64,000 nucleotides of DNA from an uncultured delta proteobacterium (GTDB lineage: Bacteria; Desulfobacterota; Desulfobacteria; Desulfobacterales; QNYZ01), in NCBI GenBank assembly GCA_963845145.1, contig CAWJQU010000002.1, positions 128,001 through 192,000 of the forward strand, in the 5' to 3' direction. Of the stretch, positions 60,401 to 64,000 are shown in pieces (the stretch's first letter is position 1; each line of letters starts with the position of its first letter). The notes below the pieces were generated by a model that saw nothing but the letters and a program-made list of their open reading frames with translations, was not told the origin of the DNA and did not search any database. The translations under genes and the position numbers were made by a program.

Positions 60401-63400
60401 TGTTAAGATCGTATCCCGGTAATACCCCGCCATCGGGGGCCATCAGCTTTTGAGCAATAAACGTGGTGTGGTTGCCCAGCCGTTTCTTGGCCTGATCAGC
60501 CAGGGGCAGATCCGGGTGGTCGTCCGCTATCGATGCCAGCGCCAGAGAGATCAGCATGGCATCGTAGGGAACCACCCTGCCCTCATCCGCGTAAGTACCT
60601 GCCCTGGCATCGACCATACGCTCAAGGGTATTCCAGACGGTCTTTATCAGCCCTTCCAGCTCTTTGGGCAGATACAGCCCGGTCCGGGCAAAGCCGGCAC
60701 GCATGCGGGACAGACCCCAGAGCAGGGCCGCCTGGTCCGATAGACGGATCTCGTCTGTTTTAACCGAAAAATTTACCCCTTCGGAAGACGACTTCATCTG
60801 GTAGGCATGGGCCACGTACAGGTCCCCCGTTTTGGAAGTCTGCACGAGCCGATCCTGGATCAATTTGACTTTCTGAACCATCTGCCAGGCCATCACCCTT
60901 CCCGTAAATCGTTCCATTGGGTCGCTACTGGTGATGTATTTGGGTAGAAGTTGAGCCTGGGCCGCCAGGGTGGTCCCCCATACCAAAGGCACCAGGGAGC
61001 TGTCCATTTGGGTTCGATCCCAGGAGAGGTCTCCTTTACCCGGTTCACCGTGGTAGATGGGAACCCCGCCTGCATACTCCAGCACCAGAGGGCGCATGGC
61101 CGGAATCTGTTTAACACCGGCTTCCGCCGCCAGGGCCTGCAGGGTCGCTTTCACTTCTTCTTCGACGGATATGCCTTTACCGAGTGCCGCGGAACGAACA
61201 TCCGGGGCCAGGGTCATGTCGAGTCCCATCCCCGACTGCATAGTGATATTACCCACATTAAAGGCTCCGAACAGACCCGCTTTGTCGGCCGTCCTTAAAT
61301 ATCCTCTCGATACCAGGCTTTCCCGATCCGGATCGATGCCCTCTTTCCGCAGCCAGGCCGACAGCTTCTCATCCATCCCGGCAAACTCCGCCGCCGCCAG
61401 CATGGCATTAAATGTGTCCACCCATAGCGGCCCGTCCACCGGGATAATGTCCGGGGTCCTGGAAGAGACGACATGCTCTATGTCCATATTCAAGCAGCAC
61501 GCCCCCGCCGGTCTGGCACCAGTAGCACCACTGCAATCTTTGACGTCGACAGTGATTTCACCCTGGGCAGCACACCCGCCGGCATCCACCACCGCCACCG
61601 AAATCGGAACCGGACCGGTAGCACCGGAAGGCGGGGTCCAGCTCGTTTGAACCACCCCCGGGCTGGAACCACTGATCGGATCAAAGGTTCCGTTGCCCAT
61701 CCAGTTGAAGGAAACAGGGGTCCGACCACCGGCGATTCGGGCAAGCAGCGTCGCACCCGAATCATGGCAGACCTCTCCGGGGTCCTCGATTACAACCGTG
61801 GGGCAACCCACCGTAAATGAGGCGGTCATATCATTGTTCGTTCCATCACATTCACATAACGCATTTTCGGGGTCTACCTCTGCAGAAATATTGTAAGCGC
61901 CGCATTCAAGTTCCCCTAGCTCAACGGTTACCTTAGCTGTTCCCCCAGGCGGGATGGAATCAAGGCTGACGGTACCCGAAGTGTCACCTGAGATCCGGAT
62001 TGTTGTTCCGGCGGGAGAAGCACTACAGCCGTTGTTTTTAACAGTGATGAGGGCCGACGCATCTGAACAGACAGCGTTCGGTTCAATATTGGTAATTGTC
62101 AGATCCGGTACTTCCACGGGAATATCCGCACTGCACAGGCTATTGTCCGTACCATCCCACTCACAAATCTGATTGTCATAGTCGGCCTCCGCCTGGATCG
62201 AATATACGCAATTGCTGCTGCCGCACAAGTCGCCGTCAAAACCATAGGTCTGGACCCGGAACGTTTGGGTGCCGCCGCTCGAAGCCAGGTCGACCCCGGT
62301 TAAGGTCTGAGACCAGCGAGTCAAAGCGGTCCCCCCGCATTCCGCGCCGACTGCAATGGTGAAACGCATGCGCACGTTGTCCGTCAGATTGGTCCCGCAG
62401 CCGTTGTTGACCAAAGTCACCGTACCGTCGATCTGGTAATATCCATCCCCCATGCACGCCAGGTGCATGTCCTGATCTTGCACTTCAATATCGGGGACGG
62501 ACAGCGTATCGGTGCTGCCAGCACTGTTATTGGTGTCATCAGTTTCACAGATGGCACCATCGGGATCGATCTCAGCACTGAAATTACAGTTGCAATCTGT
62601 AAAGCCTGAGGTAAAGGGGAAGAAAACCTCGGCCGTGGCACCTTGAGCCAAATCGATGGTCTGATCCACAAAAGTCAGGCCGCAGTCGGAGGTCAGGCGC
62701 ACCACGCTCCCCACCGCGTCGCCGCAGCCCGTGTTGGCCACGCTGACGTTGGTACCGGAGACGGACCCGTCTGTCTGGCAAGTCACGGTAGTGGCCACGG
62801 ATGTGACCGTCAGGTCCGGGACGGCAACGGTTTTATCAGCGCAACGCGAATTGTCCGTGCCGTCCGATTCGCAGATGGTATTCGGCTCATCGGCCTCCAC
62901 CCGCACGGACATGGCATTGCTGGTGGAAACCTCACAGAGGTCGGTGGAAATATCACGGTTGACCAGGCTGAAGGTCTGGAGACCTCCACCGGCCGGAATG
63001 TTGAGGCCGGTGACGGTTTCGGTCCACTGATCCACCTGGGCGCCGCTGCAGCCCGCATCCCCGAAAAGGGTCAGACGCAGGGGCACATCGTCGTTGAGGT
63101 TGCTCCCGCAACCGTCATTGACCAGGGTCACGGTGCCCGACACGCGCGCCTGACCGTCGTCCAGGCAGGTCACCGTCAAGGTGTCGGTGGATACGCCCAG
63201 GTCGGGAATGCTCACGGCTTTGTTGTCTGCCACGTAAGCGTTGTTGGCGGCATTGGACTCGCAGATGGTGTCGCTGTAATCGTACTCCACGCCGATCGAG
63301 AACTGGCAGCCTGTGGAATTGGATACGAGGTCTGTGACCACCGTGCGGGGTATGAGGAAAAAGGTCTGGGTGCCCCCGCCAGCAGCGATGTTGACCGCGC

Positions 63401-63998
63401 TCAGGGTCTCGGCCCACTGGTCCAGCTGGGTGCCTGAACCGCCGGTATTGTCATAAAGCGTCAGGCGCACGGGAATATCGGCGGTTAGATTGCTGCCGCA
63501 GCCGTCGTTGGCCACGGTCAGGGTGCCCGCCACAGAGACCGACCCGTCGGTGCTGCAGGTGGCGCCCAAGGTATCGGACAGGCCCCTCAGGTCGGGAATG
63601 TCCGCGCTCTTGTTGTCCGCGCAGTATGTGTTGTTGCTGCCGTCGAATTCACAGATTGCATTGGTGTAATCGAGTTCCACACCGATGGAGAATTGACAGC
63701 CCGTGGAGTTGGCCACCAAATTGGTGATCAAGGTCTGGTCGGGCAGGGTGAAGACCTGAGAGCCGCCCCCACTGGCAATGTTGACTGCGGTCAGAGTGGT
63801 GTCCCAGGTGCCCACAACATTGCCGCCGCAGCCCGTGTTGTCATAGAGGGTTAGCCGCACGGGAATATCGCTGGTAAGGTCAGCCCCGCAACCATTGTTG
63901 GTCACGGTCAGGGTGCCGCCCACGTTGACCTGCCCGTCGGTGCTGCAGGTGGCTGCGAGGGTGTCGGACGACACGATGAGGTCAGGAATCTGGGTCAC
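57408..63998 (-). CDS. Giant extracellular protein: Cys-rich CARDB-like repeats, duplicated helical domain, DUF11, 2x SdrD B-like; 5' end outside the window
   Basis: Six PDL/PDI...NxGC...CExxxxNN repeats; PGDILTFTVT..LPPGVTY (DUF11); RIFLDSDTNG and VFDDRNGNG (SdrD B); ORF open at the window edge. Confidence 0.8.
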   Translation of the reverse strand: MTQIPDLIVSSDTLAATCSTDGQVNVGGTLTVTNNGCGADLTSDIPVRLTLYDNTGCGGNVVGTWDTTLTAVNIASGGGSQVFTLPDQTLITNLVANSTGCQFSIGVELDYTNAICEFDGSNNTYCADNKSADIPDLRGLSDTLGATCSTDGSVSVAGTLTVANDGCGSNLTADIPVRLTLYDNTGGSGTQLDQWAETLSAVNIAAGGGTQTFFLIPRTVVTDLVSNSTGCQFSIGVEYDYSDTICESNAANNAYVADNKAVSIPDLGVSTDTLTVTCLDDGQARVSGTVTLVNDGCGSNLNDDVPLRLTLFGDAGCSGAQVDQWTETVTGLNIPAGGGLQTFSLVNRDISTDLCEVSTSNAMSVRVEADEPNTICESDGTDNSRCADKTVAVPDLTVTSVATTVTCQTDGSVSGTNVSVANTGCGDAVGSVVRLTSDCGLTFVDQTIDLAQGATAEVFFPFTSGFTDCNCNFSAEIDPDGAICETDDTNNSAGSTDTLSVPDIEVQDQDMHLACMGDGYYQIDGTVTLVNNGCGTNLTDNVRMRFTIAVGAECGGTALTRWSQTLTGVDLASSGGTQTFRVQTYGFDGDLCGSSNCVYSIQAEADYDNQICEWDGTDNSLCSADIPVEVPDLTITNIEPNAVCSDASALITVKNNGCSASPAGTTIRISGDTSGTVSLDSIPPGGTAKVTVELGELECGAYNISAEVDPENALCECDGTNNDMTASFTVGCPTVVIEDPGEVCHDSGATLLARIAGGRTPVSFNWMGNGTFDPISGSSPGVVQTSWTPPSGATGPVPISVAVVDAGGCAAQGEITVDVKDCSGATGARPAGACCLNMDIEHVVSSRTPDIIPVDGPLWVDTFNAMLAAAEFAGMDEKLSAWLRKEGIDPDRESLVSRGYLRTADKAGLFGAFNVGNITMQSGMGLDMTLAPDVRSAALGKGISVEEEVKATLQALAAEAGVKQIPAMRPLVLEYAGGVPIYHGEPGKGDLSWDRTQMDSSLVPLVWGTTLAAQAQLLPKYITSSDPMERFTGRVMAWQMVQKVKLIQDRLVQTSKTGDLYVAHAYQMKSSSEGVNFSVKTDEIRLSDQAALLWGLSRMRAGFARTGLYLPKELEGLIKTVWNTLERMVDARAGTYADEGRVVPYDAMLISLALASIADDHPDLPLADQAKKRLGNHTTFIAQKLMAPDGGVLPGYDLNKGRALKGAKTLADQAAVLRALLVHPTGLSPANRIYAFMEEKLWDKEHQLYRDRSDWPMTGIYTPQSVGATVGGIAYLVMQAEADKRVGMLDHLRLFFETVVAKSELQQRGSRGLPFEGSSGLITGRGEITDLRRPIPVPSRRYRDDIIETGLGRQPAQVLVSQIELSFIPLEAEKLQALKDSIDTRVERFGPRQPLFFEPIRLPKLGPPAKFETAGGMLAASALLSAVPELFEQGRMTDDAFFADPSMATHMAAALAETARGSLVRLTMQSGNGVPLQFSAPVAQMAKAAGVTPEQALSAWLQRAAKDNGLTQVPQTLTPIFVEFAGGWPDYPQGLSQGWDVRGADRKVSMGGLSQTLMLQLAYLQKVAGGQRPGDASLDGFISQVTGLAVAAKLGFIEEALKVAGEAGLSELPATFTLVRDSAGKVLDLTFPEPAGSVFARFSLLGALDALVSLDDSTAQRVPDYATLRDKAMNLSVRVLDTIRSRYLDASEKITGLSLADAGLAADVVGKMIKSVPDEYPRKPEIQGLLVALADYLVAGKGANQPSEVLEGPAARDSLADKAAVIMGLIQAGETLNRPELTQAAIKRFNAFDQQRWSKRFQIYLPAEQHEHQDQVRTTRYRYSAEDVGLTIGMLSRVMPLADIDRKVVLAERLSSFASNLVEGIRRSAAGDMASRQDLDHIRPVELFLTDREQIFPGDILTFTVTAKNQTGDDRGCGDLEDFKVRNILPPGVTYIPDSARSNGRPIETHLNGRSQTWTVGDLAMGESVVITFQGRVDDTMRDRTHRGRSESGGYCFHPVDGGDTALCGVSDDEQIALGAVNRIKGRIFLDSDTNGRRAPRDNGLAGIRVILDENRAVDTDNTGTFEFDKVLPGVYQVRLDLGSLPVDLHPTAETVQTVVIGAGKTYLLEFGLSRFKRIEGAVFDDRNGNGVQDSEDPGVAAVKVRIKGTGHTAYTADDGSFRMDRVFGLAVAVPVIDEQQPLMKKAGHKLRIAIK

Positions 63999-64000
63999 AT

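Overview
Chromosomal window, probably from a Desulfobacterales-like sulfate-reducing deltaproteobacterium (inferred from gene content). In order it holds: a HAD/PurM-like fusion; an hsp20-lon-rlpA-recD2 block; a transporter/USP/histidine kinase/response regulator module; a riboswitch-controlled anaerobic cobalamin operon (cbiK, ABC transporter, cbiL, Gate protein, cbiA-C-D-ET-F-G-H, cobD); and an Fo-only ATP synthase operon. After that come a transglutaminase-like/ABC operon, htpX, a second hsp20 pair, a decayed accessory region (frameshifted molybdopterin oxidoreductase, three toxin-antitoxin pairs, an attC-like site, RhuM and integrase remnants), a CoA transferase, a serine hydrolase, tpx, and the 3' part of a giant CARDB/DUF11 protein. 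The most striking feature is a 324-aa c subunit made of four fused hairpins in which only the first keeps the ion-binding Glu. It lies next to a normal Na+-type c subunit in an operon with no F1 genes. Several single-base frameshifts may be assembly errors. All calls come from motif recognition by eye; no searches were run.
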